Origin: Paenibacillus sp.
Lineage (GTDB): Bacteria > Bacillota > Bacilli > Paenibacillales > Paenibacillaceae
Length of the DNA: 24,000 nt
Reading direction: 5' to 3' (one strand)
Assembly (NCBI RefSeq): GCF_031254035.1
Contig: NZ_JAIRVF010000123.1
This document shows, in pieces, positions 1 through 8,495 of the stretch. The position numbers and the translations under genes are program-made. Positions within the stretch are counted from its first letter, which is position 1. Every line of letters begins with the position of its first letter. The notes under the pieces were generated by a model, which was not told where the DNA came from, searched no databases, and worked only from the letters and a program-made list of their open reading frames with translations.

Positions 1-84
1 TACAACAACCAACGCATCCATTCTACAATTGGTTACAACACACCGTCTGATTTCGAGTTAAGCTACTGGAATCAGGCGGCGTAG
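1..84 (+). mobile_element. 3' end of an IS3-family (rve/DDE) transposase gene, cut by the window edge
   Basis: Frame 1 reads YNNQRIHSTIGYNTPSDFELSYWNQAA-stop. The Y-N-x-x-R-x-H-S-x-(I/L)-G-Y-x-(T/S)-P-x-x-F pattern is the conserved C-terminal tail of IS3/IS150-type OrfB integrases. The right IS boundary cannot be fixed without the left end; ...TTGACA at 105-110 is one candidate terminus. Confidence 0.75.
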
Positions 85-251
85 AAAAATCTGTGTCTAC
101 TATCTTGACAGAAGTCCAGGTTCTTCGAAACAAACCGGGATCAAATCCAAAATCATTTATGAAGTTACCTACATACCTTTACAAATTATTGTGAAGGTAT
201 TAGGAGTAGGTATGGATTTTAGTGACAACTCTTTTAAAATTACAAGTAAGT

Positions 252-277
252 GAAGGGGCGATGCCCCTTCTTTTTTA
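252..277 (+). terminator. Rho-independent terminator-like hairpin
   Basis: GAAGGGGC (252-259), loop gat, GCCCCTTC (263-270), then TTTTTT (271-276). This is a perfect 8-bp GC-rich stem followed by a T-run. Confidence 0.7.
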
Positions 278-452
278 TATCTGGAATAATCTCACAACAA
301 AAATAGAGACTGATGATCGCATGAAGAAATACCCTTAAAGCGGCCTGGCTTCCTTGAGAGTATGTCGACGGATAATTTTGTGCATTTTCAAATGAAAGCT
401 GAATAATTAATGAATCTACCTATTTATCATATTTAATAGACCATCCAGATTA

Positions 453-482
453 TTGACCATGTGTTAAATGTCCTTATATAAT
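453..482 (+). promoter_or_regulatory. Sigma-A-type promoter for the 523-1639 cassette
   Basis: TTGACC (453-458), 18-nt spacer, TATAAT (477-482). It lies about 40 nt upstream of the AAAGGAGG RBS at 507-514. Confidence 0.55.
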
Positions 483-522
483 ATATATTGCTAATATTTG
501 TAATATAAAGGAGGTTATTCCT

Positions 523-1380
523 TTGATAGAAAACTATACTTCGATTGAACAAATCGATATAGACACATTGGTCAATATGGTAAAAATGGCGTATGAATTC
601 GAGAACTGGCGAGAAGTCATCTCATTATCTGCCAGCTTGTTGGATTCTGCCGAAACTATCAATAATAACCCATATAAAGGGTTACATGTTGGCCTGGAAA
701 CCAAAAGACATATTTCTTATTATTTTGGTTACAGTTACTTGATGAAGGGTCTTGCTTTTCAGAAATTAAAAATGTTTCCATATGCATTTGAATGCATCGA
801 CTATTACTCGGATTTAAGTTGGCTGGATGATTCAACGGATGAAGCGAATACAGTGATTGAAGATTTCAGAAAATTCGCCAAAGGAAATTTATTGACACTC
901 GAAATCTTGACCGGGAACAAAACCAAGCTGTCGGAGTATGTAGAATTTCTGGAACAAAACCATGATCAAATTCTTTCTGGGCTTATTACCTTGCTTGAAT
1001 CAGCCATTTACCATGGTTATAGTATTGATCGTGAATTGGAGCAGCTGACATATTACGTTCAAGACTCCTATCACGCTGATAAAGTATTGGCAACAAGATA
1101 TCTATCATTCTCATTTATGCTGTCATTATATGATTCTTTAAATAATAATTTGAAAAATGCTATCAACAGATCTTTACATAATTTAGTATTTTCTGATAAA
1201 ATAGGAAACGACAATTATTTTAAAAAATCTGTCATATTATTCGAGACACTTAAGCCCCACGCATCAGCTTCTCAACTTAGAGATTATTCGACTTTAATCA
1301 AAAAAATTTTTGAAGGAGAGATTTCTAATGAAGAAGGCTTTAACTTTAGTCACCGCTTTAGCCATCATCGCATTCAGTAG
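523..1380 (+). CDS. Hypothetical all-helical TPR-like protein without HTH; candidate RNPP/Rap-like peptide receptor
   Basis: A 285-aa ORF with a TTG start 8 nt after a strong RBS (AAAGGAGG). The in-frame upstream region is closed by TGA at 454-456, so there is no hidden N-terminal domain. Residues 64-97 (ISYYFGYSYLMKGLAFQKLKMFPYAFECIDYYSDL) fit a TPR-like helix-pair pattern, and no helix-turn-helix is recognisable at the N-terminus. The 3' end is overlapped by a signal-peptide/repeat-peptide gene, as in rap-phr pairs. The function is an inference. Confidence 0.8.
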   Translation: MIENYTSIEQIDIDTLVNMVKMAYEFENWREVISLSASLLDSAETINNNPYKGLHVGLETKRHISYYFGYSYLMKGLAFQKLKMFPYAFECIDYYSDLSWLDDSTDEANTVIEDFRKFAKGNLLTLEILTGNKTKLSEYVEFLEQNHDQILSGLITLLESAIYHGYSIDRELEQLTYYVQDSYHADKVLATRYLSFSFMLSLYDSLNNNLKNAINRSLHNLVFSDKIGNDNYFKKSVILFETLKPHASASQLRDYSTLIKKIFEGEISNEEGFNFSHRFSHHRIQ

Positions 1381-1639
1381 TGCTGCATTACCGTCCGTTA
1401 CACAAGCAAGCGCGCCGGTCAAACAATTAAATCATGGTGCTGAATATTCTGCTCTTAACCACGGCGCTGAATACTCTGCTCTTAACCACGGGGCCGAATA
1501 CTCTGCTCTTAACCACGGCGCTGAATACTCTGCTCTTAACCACGGCGCTGAATACTCTGCTCTTAACCATGGTGCTGAATACTCGCCACTTAACCACGGG
1601 GCTGAATACTCTGCTCTTAACCATGGTGCTGAATATTAA
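1328..1639 (+). CDS. Secreted precursor with Sec signal peptide plus 8 tandem copies of LNHGAEY(SA); candidate multi-copy signalling pro-peptide
   Basis: ATG at 1328 lies 7 nt after GAAGGAGAG; the ORF-track start at 1310 has no RBS. The signal peptide is MKKALTLVTALAIIAFSSAALPSVTQA|SAPVKQ, with an n-region, hydrophobic core and AXA-like TQA site. It is followed by LNHGAEYSA x5, LNHGAEYSP, LNHGAEYSA, then LNHGAEY-stop. Nucleotide differences between the copies are almost all synonymous in this frame only. Confidence 0.85.
   Translation: MKKALTLVTALAIIAFSSAALPSVTQASAPVKQLNHGAEYSALNHGAEYSALNHGAEYSALNHGAEYSALNHGAEYSALNHGAEYSPLNHGAEYSALNHGAEY
1427..1636 (+). repeat. In-frame 27-nt tandem repeat, 7 full copies plus a terminal 21-nt copy
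   Basis: The unit is ctt aac cac ggc gct gaa tac tct gct, repeated head-to-tail with no unique spacers. The copies differ at third-codon positions. Confidence 0.97.
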
Positions 1640-1646
1640 TCTTGTG

Positions 1647-1685
1647 AACAACGAATCGTTCTTACGAACGGTTCGTTGTTTTTTC
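1647..1685 (+). terminator. Rho-independent terminator of the cassette
   Basis: AACAACGAATCGTT (1647-1660), loop cttacg, AACGGTTCGTTGTT (1667-1680). This gives a 14-bp stem with one G-U pair, followed by TTTT. It starts 8 nt after the stop codon. Confidence 0.85.
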
Positions 1686-2049
1686 ATTAACTGCTTATAT
1701 CCAAACGGGGCATCCGGCCAAGTTTCCATGTCAATTTCTAAGTATTCTCCGATACCTCCCTCCGATTCCATTATCTCTCGAAAGCATCGATAAGGTTCAG
1801 CAAGAATGGCTTCTTCAATCTTCTCACATATTCCTAACTCCATAAATAGTTCGATTCGAACTAGGTAGTGTTTCTTCTAACAGATAACGCATAAAAATGA
1901 AAAAGCACCACTGCACTGCAAAAATCACAATGATAATTGCAACACAATGGTGTCTTTAGGTGAACATGAAGAAAAGGTTCTTTTTAACTATTGGCGAGCG
2001 GGCAGTGGATACTATATCCATCACAAGCACTGCCACACAAAACAATTAT

Positions 2050-3804
2050 TTATTTGTTAACTTTTGAAGCGACTTTAGCATCGAGGCTATTGATATAACT
2101 TGTTACCAGCTCCTGCACTTCCTCGGCTGTCCCAACACCCAGTGCTTTTGTTGCCAGCTTCTCAGTGCCGGCTAAGTTTAACTTAGCAATAAGGGAACGA
2201 GCGGGCAGGATGGAAGCGGCACTCATGCTGAACTCGTCTAACCCCAATCCAACCAGAATCGGAATGGCGGTTGAATCGCCAGCCATCTCTCCGCACATAC
2301 CAACCCAGCGTCCTTCACGATGTGCTGCATCGATTACCATCTTGACTAAGCGGAGGATCGATGGATGAAACGGCTGGTATAAGTAGGATACTCGTTCATT
2401 CATTCGGTCTGCAGCCATCGTATATTGAATCAGGTCATTCGTGCCAATGCTGAAGAAATCAACTTCCTTTGCAAACCGATCGGCTAACATAGCTGTAGAA
2501 GGAATTTCAACCATGATGCCCAGCTCGATTGAGTCAGAAACAGGGATGTTCTCTGCTTCGAGCTTCGCTTTCTCTTCATGAAAAAGAGCTTTGGCCTGTC
2601 GGAATTCCTCTAGGGTTGCAATCATCGGGAACATGATGCGAAGGTTGCCAAAGACACTTGCCCGCAGCAGGGCGCGAAGCTGAATACGAAAAATTTCCTG
2701 AAGCTCTAAACATAAACGTATAGCGCGAAAACCAAGGAACGGGTTCATCTCTTTCGGTAACTCCAGATATGGCAATTCCTTGTCTCCACCGATATCCAAA
2801 GTTCGAATAACAACAGGTTTGCCCTCCATTTTTTCCAAAACGGTCTTATAGGCAATGAACTGCTCCTTCTCAGAGGGCATTTTGTCTCTCCCCATATATA
2901 GGAACTCAGTGCGGTACAATCCTATGGCCTCACAACCGTTAGCAAGCGCATTCACTGCATCGGAGGAATTACCGATGTTGGCAGCCAGTTCTACATGAGC
3001 ACCGTCCTTTGTGAGTGTAGGCTCGTTCCGCAGCTTAGCCCATTCCGCACGTTTTTTCTCGTACTCCTGCTGCTTTATTTGGTAATCTTTCAGTGTTTCA
3101 CTATCCGGATTTACGATAACAAGTCCTTCCGAACCATCAAGAATAAGCGTATCGCCATCATGAACCTGCGTCAAAATATTTTTTGTTCCCACAACAGCAG
3201 GGATTTCCATTGATCTGGCCATGATCGCAGAATGTGAGGTGCGTCCTCCGATATTGGTCGCGAAACCCAATACATATTCTCGGTTCAATTGCGCTGTATC
3301 CGACGGAGTCAGATCCTCAGCAACCAAGATAACTTTTTCATTTATCTCACTCAAATCTATTACCTTTACCTCTAATAGGTGACTGAGCACCCGCTTTGTT
3401 ACATCCCGCATATCCGCAGCTCGTTCTTTAAGATAAGCACTCTTCATATTTTCGAACATCGCAACTAAGTCAGCAGCAACCTCTTGAAGAGCAAATTCCG
3501 CATTCATTTGTTTATCCCTAATATGTCCCTCTACAGGATCTATAAGCTCAGGGTCGTTTAATATCAGCAGGTGAGATTCGAATATTTCTGCTTTCTCCGC
3601 ACCATACTGCTGGAAGGTTCGTTCCTTAAGGGACTGTATCTCAATTCGAGCTGATTCTAAGGCTCTGCGAAATCTGGAAATTTCAAGAGCGACATCCTTC
3701 ACAATCCGTTTCTCTATGATGAGAGGGACTTGCTCCATAATAAAAGCCTTAGCGATAACAATTCCTGCCGCCGCTGCAATACCTTGGATCTTAATCATGG
3801 ACAA
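2050..3804 (-). CDS. ptsI: Phosphoenolpyruvate-protein phosphotransferase (PTS Enzyme I)
   Basis: 584 aa with an EI-typical N-terminus ([18 protein letters not shown]), a phosphohistidine region ([17 protein letters not shown]) and a C-terminal PEP-utilising domain ([17 protein letters not shown]). The start is TTG at 3804 (GAAGGG 7 nt upstream) or ATG at 3798. It overlaps the ptsH stop. Confidence 0.95.
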   Translation of the reverse strand: MSMIKIQGIAAAAGIVIAKAFIMEQVPLIIEKRIVKDVALEISRFRRALESARIEIQSLKERTFQQYGAEKAEIFESHLLILNDPELIDPVEGHIRDKQMNAEFALQEVAADLVAMFENMKSAYLKERAADMRDVTKRVLSHLLEVKVIDLSEINEKVILVAEDLTPSDTAQLNREYVLGFATNIGGRTSHSAIMARSMEIPAVVGTKNILTQVHDGDTLILDGSEGLVIVNPDSETLKDYQIKQQEYEKKRAEWAKLRNEPTLTKDGAHVELAANIGNSSDAVNALANGCEAIGLYRTEFLYMGRDKMPSEKEQFIAYKTVLEKMEGKPVVIRTLDIGGDKELPYLELPKEMNPFLGFRAIRLCLELQEIFRIQLRALLRASVFGNLRIMFPMIATLEEFRQAKALFHEEKAKLEAENIPVSDSIELGIMVEIPSTAMLADRFAKEVDFFSIGTNDLIQYTMAADRMNERVSYLYQPFHPSILRLVKMVIDAAHREGRWVGMCGEMAGDSTAIPILVGLGLDEFSMSAASILPARSLIAKLNLAGTEKLATKALGVGTAEEVQELVTSYINSLDAKVASKVNK

Positions 3805-4066
3805 TTCCCAGCCCTTCTCTCACGAATATCTCCTCGAATGCTGCAATGACTTCCGCTTCGTCTTCCCCCTTCGCTATAAAAGTAATCGTATCCCCTTTTT
3901 CAAGCCCAAGAGAAAGGACACCAAGAAGAGATTTCATAGTCACCTTCCTGCCGCTGGCCTCAGCGAATACTTCAGATTTGTACTTATTCGCAGTATTGAC
4001 AAGAATTGTTGCTGGACGTGCGTGGATTGCGTCCTCGTCCGTAATCTTGAATGTGATGATTTGCAT
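3791..4066 (-). CDS. ptsH: Phosphocarrier protein HPr
   Basis: 91 aa when started at MQIITF (GGAGA 8 nt upstream). The track start at 4075 has its ATG abutting the SD. With this start, His15 (AIHARPA) and Ser46 ([13 protein letters not shown]) fall at the canonical positions. Confidence 0.93.
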   Translation of the reverse strand: MQIITFKITDEDAIHARPATILVNTANKYKSEVFAEASGRKVTMKSLLGVLSLGLEKGDTITFIAKGEDEAEVIAAFEEIFVREGLGIVHD

Positions 4067-4108
4067 GAAGTTCATCTCCAGTTCTCTAAACTATTACTTT
4101 GTTTAATG

Positions 4109-6214
4109 TCAATCTTCTTCTACCTCCATAGCGCGATAAAATGCGGTCTCCATTGAACCTCCCTCGGCCAATTCACTTAGAAATGAAGAACTCATCAATT
4201 TATCCAAATCAAATAACAGAGGTACATGCGTCATTTTTTCATCGGTAGATAATAGAATAATTAACTCTACTTCTAAAAAGGGGTCATCTTCTGTGATGAG
4301 CCCCGTTGCTGTATGCAACATACTGATTCCTGGTTTAAATGAGCCATATCGATAATCCGTATGCAATAAAAGAACTTTCGGATAAATAAAAAACCATTTG
4401 GATTCATCGACTATTTGCCGCCGGATCTCTGTCACATAAGAAGCTTGTATATAGTTTTTCCGCAACAGTGGAGCTGCCAGCAAATCAAGCGCTTCATCAA
4501 AAGAAACAATACGACTCAGTTGAAAAATATGTTCCGGGTTCCAGGCAGTCAGCAGGCTAACCTTTTCGATTGACTGAGTTTCCGTTCGACCACTCAAATA
4601 CAGAGCCTCAATTCGTCCGATCAATTCATCCCTAGATATGTCCGGTTCATCAAGTAAGCTCGCAAGCTGCTCTCGTCTGTTTGATGCCATTAACCGTCCT
4701 TTGATAATATGCAAGATCCGATCTTTATCGCCATTTGAAAGAATCGAATTGACATAGATCGTCTCCCCAGATGCATGCACATAGGTGCGATCCGTTGTAA
4801 TGCAATAATTTACGATAGGCTTGAAATCGGATGCATCTTTTACCGTGTACACACCGAGAATGACAGATTTGGGTAGAAGTTGCTTAATATGCGTAAGCAG
4901 CAGTGAATTATAGACATTAGCATAATCGGAAACGATTACAATATTATGAGCAGCTTTCTGAGTTTGTTCCCGCAATACGGATTCTTCAAAATAGAGGGAC
5001 AAACTAGCCGTCTCATCATCTGTCAACCCACTTGGATAATATCTTTTGAATACAGAGCTTGCTGAGACATGTGCCAATGATTTTTTGGTCAGCATATAGA
5101 TTTCCTTGCATTGTGTCACGACATAAACCAATGACTCCGTAGGCATGACCAGATTAAACACATGCCGATAATATAATACCTTCATGTGCGTCTGCACATT
5201 CTCAAAAAGTCGTTCCCGCTGCTTAGAATGCATTCCTGATACCATCTCAAAGTAATCAATTAACATAAAAGTCATGTCGCCGATCTCTTCAAACGACGTG
5301 CTTTTATAATGTGAATCCGTATTTTTCTGCATGCACAGTAGCAGCATGCCATAAAATACAGCCTCTTCGTCAGGTATAGCTAGATTCAAATAAGAGGAGA
5401 ACAATTCGGTTAAATATTGGGCTGCTTTATATTCCAAACGATCTGTAATTAATACCTTTAGATTGTCCGGCCAGTGAATTTCATTTCCCATCAAAACCCG
5501 TACAAGGAAGATTAACGAGGTACGTGCCAAGATCCGAACATCCTGCTCAGCATATTGCTTTTGTAAGACGGTTTCGGTCTTCTTAATACAAAGACTAAAA
5601 TGGTGAAATGATTCACAATGATTTATTGCTCGTATAGCTTCTTGGGACTGAATAAATTCCGTCATGAAAAAATCATAGGCTTGCTCCATGTTCTCGAAGT
5701 CTTGCATGAATTGATAAATTTTACGACGACGTGATAATTCATCCATATCCACGTAGTAACCACGCTTTTTATCCGAGTTCAGCATGTACCCATGTTCCGA
5801 CTGCGCCAATTTCTTTTTAATAAATTGTATATCTTTAATCACGGTGTTGCGGGAAACCATCGTGAGTTCCATCAAATCGGATAGGAACCATTTCCGACTC
5901 TCTACCAACAGCAGCATTAAAATAACTTGGCGACGCTCGTTCGTGGTTAGAATATATTCATCCTGCTCATATTCGTTTGACCACTTCATCATTTGATTCG
6001 CCTGTTTAAGCGTAACAGACATTCCGCCACCCTTAACTCTCGTCAGCGGAGGAAGGTTCGCTTGCTTAAAAAGACAATCCAGACGGTCCATGTAGTAATA
6101 GATCATTCTTCTGGAAAGATCTGTTCCTACAGCCATAGCCGATATGTTTATAATGCTCTTTTTTTCAGCCAGAACTTTAATAAAGAGACAGAAATGATTA
6201 TCGATTTGAATCAT
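4109..6214 (-). CDS. PRD-containing PTS-controlled transcriptional activator (MtlR/LicR/ManR-like: HTH - PRDs - EIIB-like - EIIA(Fru/Mtl)-like)
   Basis: 701 aa with an N-terminal HTH region (ISAMAVGTDLSRRMIYYYMDRL) and a long helical PRD-like middle. The C-terminal PTS_EIIA_2-like segment (YPKVLLLHTDYRYGSFKPGISMLH...ILLSTDE) resembles the adjacent UlaC fold family. There is no AAA+ (sigma-54) module. It sits inside a PTS operon. Confidence 0.8.
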   Translation of the reverse strand: MIQIDNHFCLFIKVLAEKKSIINISAMAVGTDLSRRMIYYYMDRLDCLFKQANLPPLTRVKGGGMSVTLKQANQMMKWSNEYEQDEYILTTNERRQVILMLLLVESRKWFLSDLMELTMVSRNTVIKDIQFIKKKLAQSEHGYMLNSDKKRGYYVDMDELSRRRKIYQFMQDFENMEQAYDFFMTEFIQSQEAIRAINHCESFHHFSLCIKKTETVLQKQYAEQDVRILARTSLIFLVRVLMGNEIHWPDNLKVLITDRLEYKAAQYLTELFSSYLNLAIPDEEAVFYGMLLLCMQKNTDSHYKSTSFEEIGDMTFMLIDYFEMVSGMHSKQRERLFENVQTHMKVLYYRHVFNLVMPTESLVYVVTQCKEIYMLTKKSLAHVSASSVFKRYYPSGLTDDETASLSLYFEESVLREQTQKAAHNIVIVSDYANVYNSLLLTHIKQLLPKSVILGVYTVKDASDFKPIVNYCITTDRTYVHASGETIYVNSILSNGDKDRILHIIKGRLMASNRREQLASLLDEPDISRDELIGRIEALYLSGRTETQSIEKVSLLTAWNPEHIFQLSRIVSFDEALDLLAAPLLRKNYIQASYVTEIRRQIVDESKWFFIYPKVLLLHTDYRYGSFKPGISMLHTATGLITEDDPFLEVELIILLSTDEKMTHVPLLFDLDKLMSSSFLSELAEGGSMETAFYRAMEVEED

Positions 6215-6264
6215 TTATATTCAGTCCTTCATGTAGACGAGCAATAAGCAGGCAAACGGACTAA

Positions 6265-6987
6265 TCAGCTTTTTGCCAGTCTATTTTTTTGTCCGTAATA
6301 AGCATTAGAACCGTGTTTTCTGAAATAATGTTTGTCTAGTAAATATTGCGGAATCCGCTGCTGATCATTTGACACTAGCAGTGTATGCAGAGCCATATCC
6401 GCAACTTCATCAAGTACAACACTGTTTTGAACTGCCGCTTTGGCGTCCTTCCCCCAGGTAAATGGCCCGTGTCCACGCACAATCACTCCCGGTACAGCTA
6501 GGGGATCAAGATTCCGTTCACGGAACGTCTCGACAATCACATTACCTGTCTCCGTTTCATAACCCTGCATCACCTCTTCCTCCGTCAATTGACGGGTACA
6601 AGGCACAGGACCGTAAAAAGTATCCGCATGTGTGGTTCCATAGACCGGAATATCCTGTCCTGCTTGCGCCCAGGCCACTGCCCATTTGGAATGTGTGTGC
6701 ACTACAGCACCAATGTCTGCAAAAGCTTTGTACAATACCAAGTGGGTTGCCACATCTGAAGATGGTGACAGCTCGCCTTCCAGCACATTGCCTTCCAAAT
6801 CAATCACAACCATATCATCCAGACTCATATCGGCATATGGAACACCACTTGGCTTAATGACAACAATCTCTCTTTCACGATCAATCATACTGACATTTCC
6901 CCAAGTTAGCTTAACCAGCCCTGATCGGGGTAGGTCTAAATTGGCACGCAGTACCTCAATTTTTAATGGAGTAAAACTTGTTTTCAT
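6265..6987 (-). CDS. ulaF: L-ribulose-5-phosphate 4-epimerase (class II aldolase fold)
   Basis: 240 aa, collinear by eye with E. coli UlaF/SgbE/AraD. Shared motifs: TWGNVS, VVIKPSG, PSSDxATHL, VHTHS, GTTHAD, HGPFxWGKDA, RKHGxNAYYGQK. Confidence 0.92.
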   Translation of the reverse strand: MKTSFTPLKIEVLRANLDLPRSGLVKLTWGNVSMIDREREIVVIKPSGVPYADMSLDDMVVIDLEGNVLEGELSPSSDVATHLVLYKAFADIGAVVHTHSKWAVAWAQAGQDIPVYGTTHADTFYGPVPCTRQLTEEEVMQGYETETGNVIVETFRERNLDPLAVPGVIVRGHGPFTWGKDAKAAVQNSVVLDEVADMALHTLLVSNDQQRIPQYLLDKHYFRKHGSNAYYGQKNRLAKS

Positions 6988-7840
6988 AATTGTAGCCTGC
7001 TTCCTTTAGTTTAGGTAATAGAAAAGCAAGAGCTTTAGCGATTTCATCACGATAATCCTCGCTTTTTTCGCTCCACATTTCGATCAAAAACGGGCCGTGA
7101 TAATCTATTGCCTTCAATGTTTTCAATGCGCTTATAAACTCGACACACCCGTCTCCGAACGGGACATCTTTAAATTTACCTGGAAATTCACTTGTCACTT
7201 TCATCGTATCTTTTAGATGCACTGCAGCTATATCATATTTTCCCCGATTTAATTCAGCGGTCACGTTATTATCCCACGCGGACAGGTTGCCGAGATCCGG
7301 ATACACATAGAGCCACGGTGAACCCACTTCAGCAGCGATGGACAGGTAGCTGGTAATCGAATTCATAAATGGATCGTCCATTATTTCAATGGCTAGAATA
7401 ACTTGTTTAGCCTGAGCCCATGTGCATGCCAATTTTAAGTTGTCAATAAAATACTGCCGTGTCATTTCATCTTTTGACTCATAATAGACATCATATCCAG
7501 CCAGTTGGATCACACGAATTCCTAAGTCATCAGCCAGTTCAATCGCCTTATGAATAAGAGAGAGACCTTTCTCCCGAATAGCGGAGTCGTGGGAACCAAG
7601 TGGATAGCGCCGATTTCCACTCAGACACATCGTAGGCACCCGGACACCTGTTTGGAGACTGGCGAGAACGAATTCTCGCCGCTCCTCCTGGGTCCAGTCT
7701 AGGCGACTCAATCGCTCATCGGTTTCATCGACGGACATCTCCACAAAATCAAATCCTAGCTCTTGCGCAATAAGCAACCGCTCAAGCCAAGAAATACCAC
7801 TCGGCAATGCCTTTTCATAAATACCGATCGGATTCATCAT
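6956..7840 (-). CDS. ulaE: L-xylulose/L-ribulose-5-phosphate 3-epimerase
   Basis: Collinear with E. coli UlaE: [48 protein letters not shown], [12 protein letters not shown], LIEMWSE. The preferred start is ATG 7840, which overlaps the ulaD TGA (TGATGATG). The track TTG at 7852 is less likely. Confidence 0.92.
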   Translation of the reverse strand: MMNPIGIYEKALPSGISWLERLLIAQELGFDFVEMSVDETDERLSRLDWTQEERREFVLASLQTGVRVPTMCLSGNRRYPLGSHDSAIREKGLSLIHKAIELADDLGIRVIQLAGYDVYYESKDEMTRQYFIDNLKLACTWAQAKQVILAIEIMDDPFMNSITSYLSIAAEVGSPWLYVYPDLGNLSAWDNNVTAELNRGKYDIAAVHLKDTMKVTSEFPGKFKDVPFGDGCVEFISALKTLKAIDYHGPFLIEMWSEKSEDYRDEIAKALAFLLPKLKEAGYNYENKFYSIKN

Positions 7841-8484
7841 CAGTTCCCCCAAATTCTCGCAATCTCCGCCTTAAATTCACGAGCCGCCTGCGCTGGATCA
7901 GCTGCCTCACGAATACCGCGACCAGCGATGAAGGTGTACACATCAATACCTTTGAACAATGCCAATGTATCGACTTCCAATCCACCAGTAACAGACACCT
8001 TAAATCCCATTTCTACCAATTTCCGAATTTTGTTTAAATCTTTTTCGCCCCATGTCTCACCCGCTAGCAGCGCATCGCGGCTTTGATGATAGATAACTTG
8101 GGACAACCCGGCCTCTTTCCAGGCAAGCGCGTGTTCAAATGTCCAGTCCCCATATAATTCTACCTGCAAATCCCTTACTTCTTTCATTGCTGCCTTCATC
8201 GTCGGGATGGTGGCTGAACAGATCACCGTCATCCAGTCCGCACCTGCATCCGCACAATTTCTAGCTACCGTACCTCCTGCGTCCGCACATTTCGTATCCG
8301 CTAAAATTATTTTTTCGGGATACAACGCGCGCAAACAACGTACTGCCTCCATTCCTTCTGCTAAACATAATATCGTACCTGCTTCAATGATATCGACTTC
8401 ATGGCCAACGGCCAGAACTGAGCTCAAGGCTTCACTTAATATCGAGTTGTCTAGTGCAATTTGTAAATTGGGCAAACCCATCAT
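7840..8484 (-). CDS. ulaD: 3-keto-L-gulonate-6-phosphate decarboxylase
   Basis: 214 aa, collinear with E. coli UlaD/SgbH: LQxALDN, VDIIExGTILC, LADxKxADAG, ADWxTVIC, FKVxVTGGL, FIAGRxIRxAxxP. Confidence 0.92.
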   Translation of the reverse strand: MMGLPNLQIALDNSILSEALSSVLAVGHEVDIIEAGTILCLAEGMEAVRCLRALYPEKIILADTKCADAGGTVARNCADAGADWMTVICSATIPTMKAAMKEVRDLQVELYGDWTFEHALAWKEAGLSQVIYHQSRDALLAGETWGEKDLNKIRKLVEMGFKVSVTGGLEVDTLALFKGIDVYTFIAGRGIREAADPAQAAREFKAEIARIWGN

Positions 8485-8495
8485 AATCCTCTCCT

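Noticed and set aside
212-253. A 13-codon ORF (MDFSDNSFKITSK) with an AGGAG RBS, read as a second signalling peptide.
   Set aside because: It has no signal peptide or hydrophobic character like SHP/ComS-type peptides, no clear promoter and no conservation information. It is mentioned only as context in the IS finding.
1427-1636. The repeat array read as a CRISPR array or a non-coding minisatellite.
   Set aside because: The units are contiguous with no unique spacers, the period is 27 nt and in frame, the array follows a signal peptide, and the substitution pattern is codon-structured.
1427-1843. Track ORFs 1427..1843 (-) and 1434..1793 (+), both long and overlapping the repeat array.
   Set aside because: Their length comes from the stop-free 27-nt repeat. 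The inter-copy substitutions change amino acids in these frames (SAVVK/STMVK/SPVVK/GPVVK; ALNTLLLTT/GPNTLLLTT) but are silent in the 1328..1639 frame. Both ORFs read straight through the terminator hairpin. The non-repeat N-terminal 60 codons of the minus ORF (MELGICEKIEEAILAEPYRCFREIMESEGGIGEYLEIDMETWPDAPFGY) look protein-like but have no SD; a palindrome AGTTCGATTCGAACT sits there instead. At best it is a truncated gene fragment, and I could not support it as a feature.
3716-4156. + strand ORFs 3716..4156 and 3846..4106, and similar + strand ORFs inside ptsI, the regulator and ulaA-ulaG (for example 5784..6247, 6462..7009, 9389..10359, 10906..11865).
   Set aside because: All are antisense to strongly supported, homology-recognisable minus-strand genes. 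They have no RBS and their composition is not protein-like.
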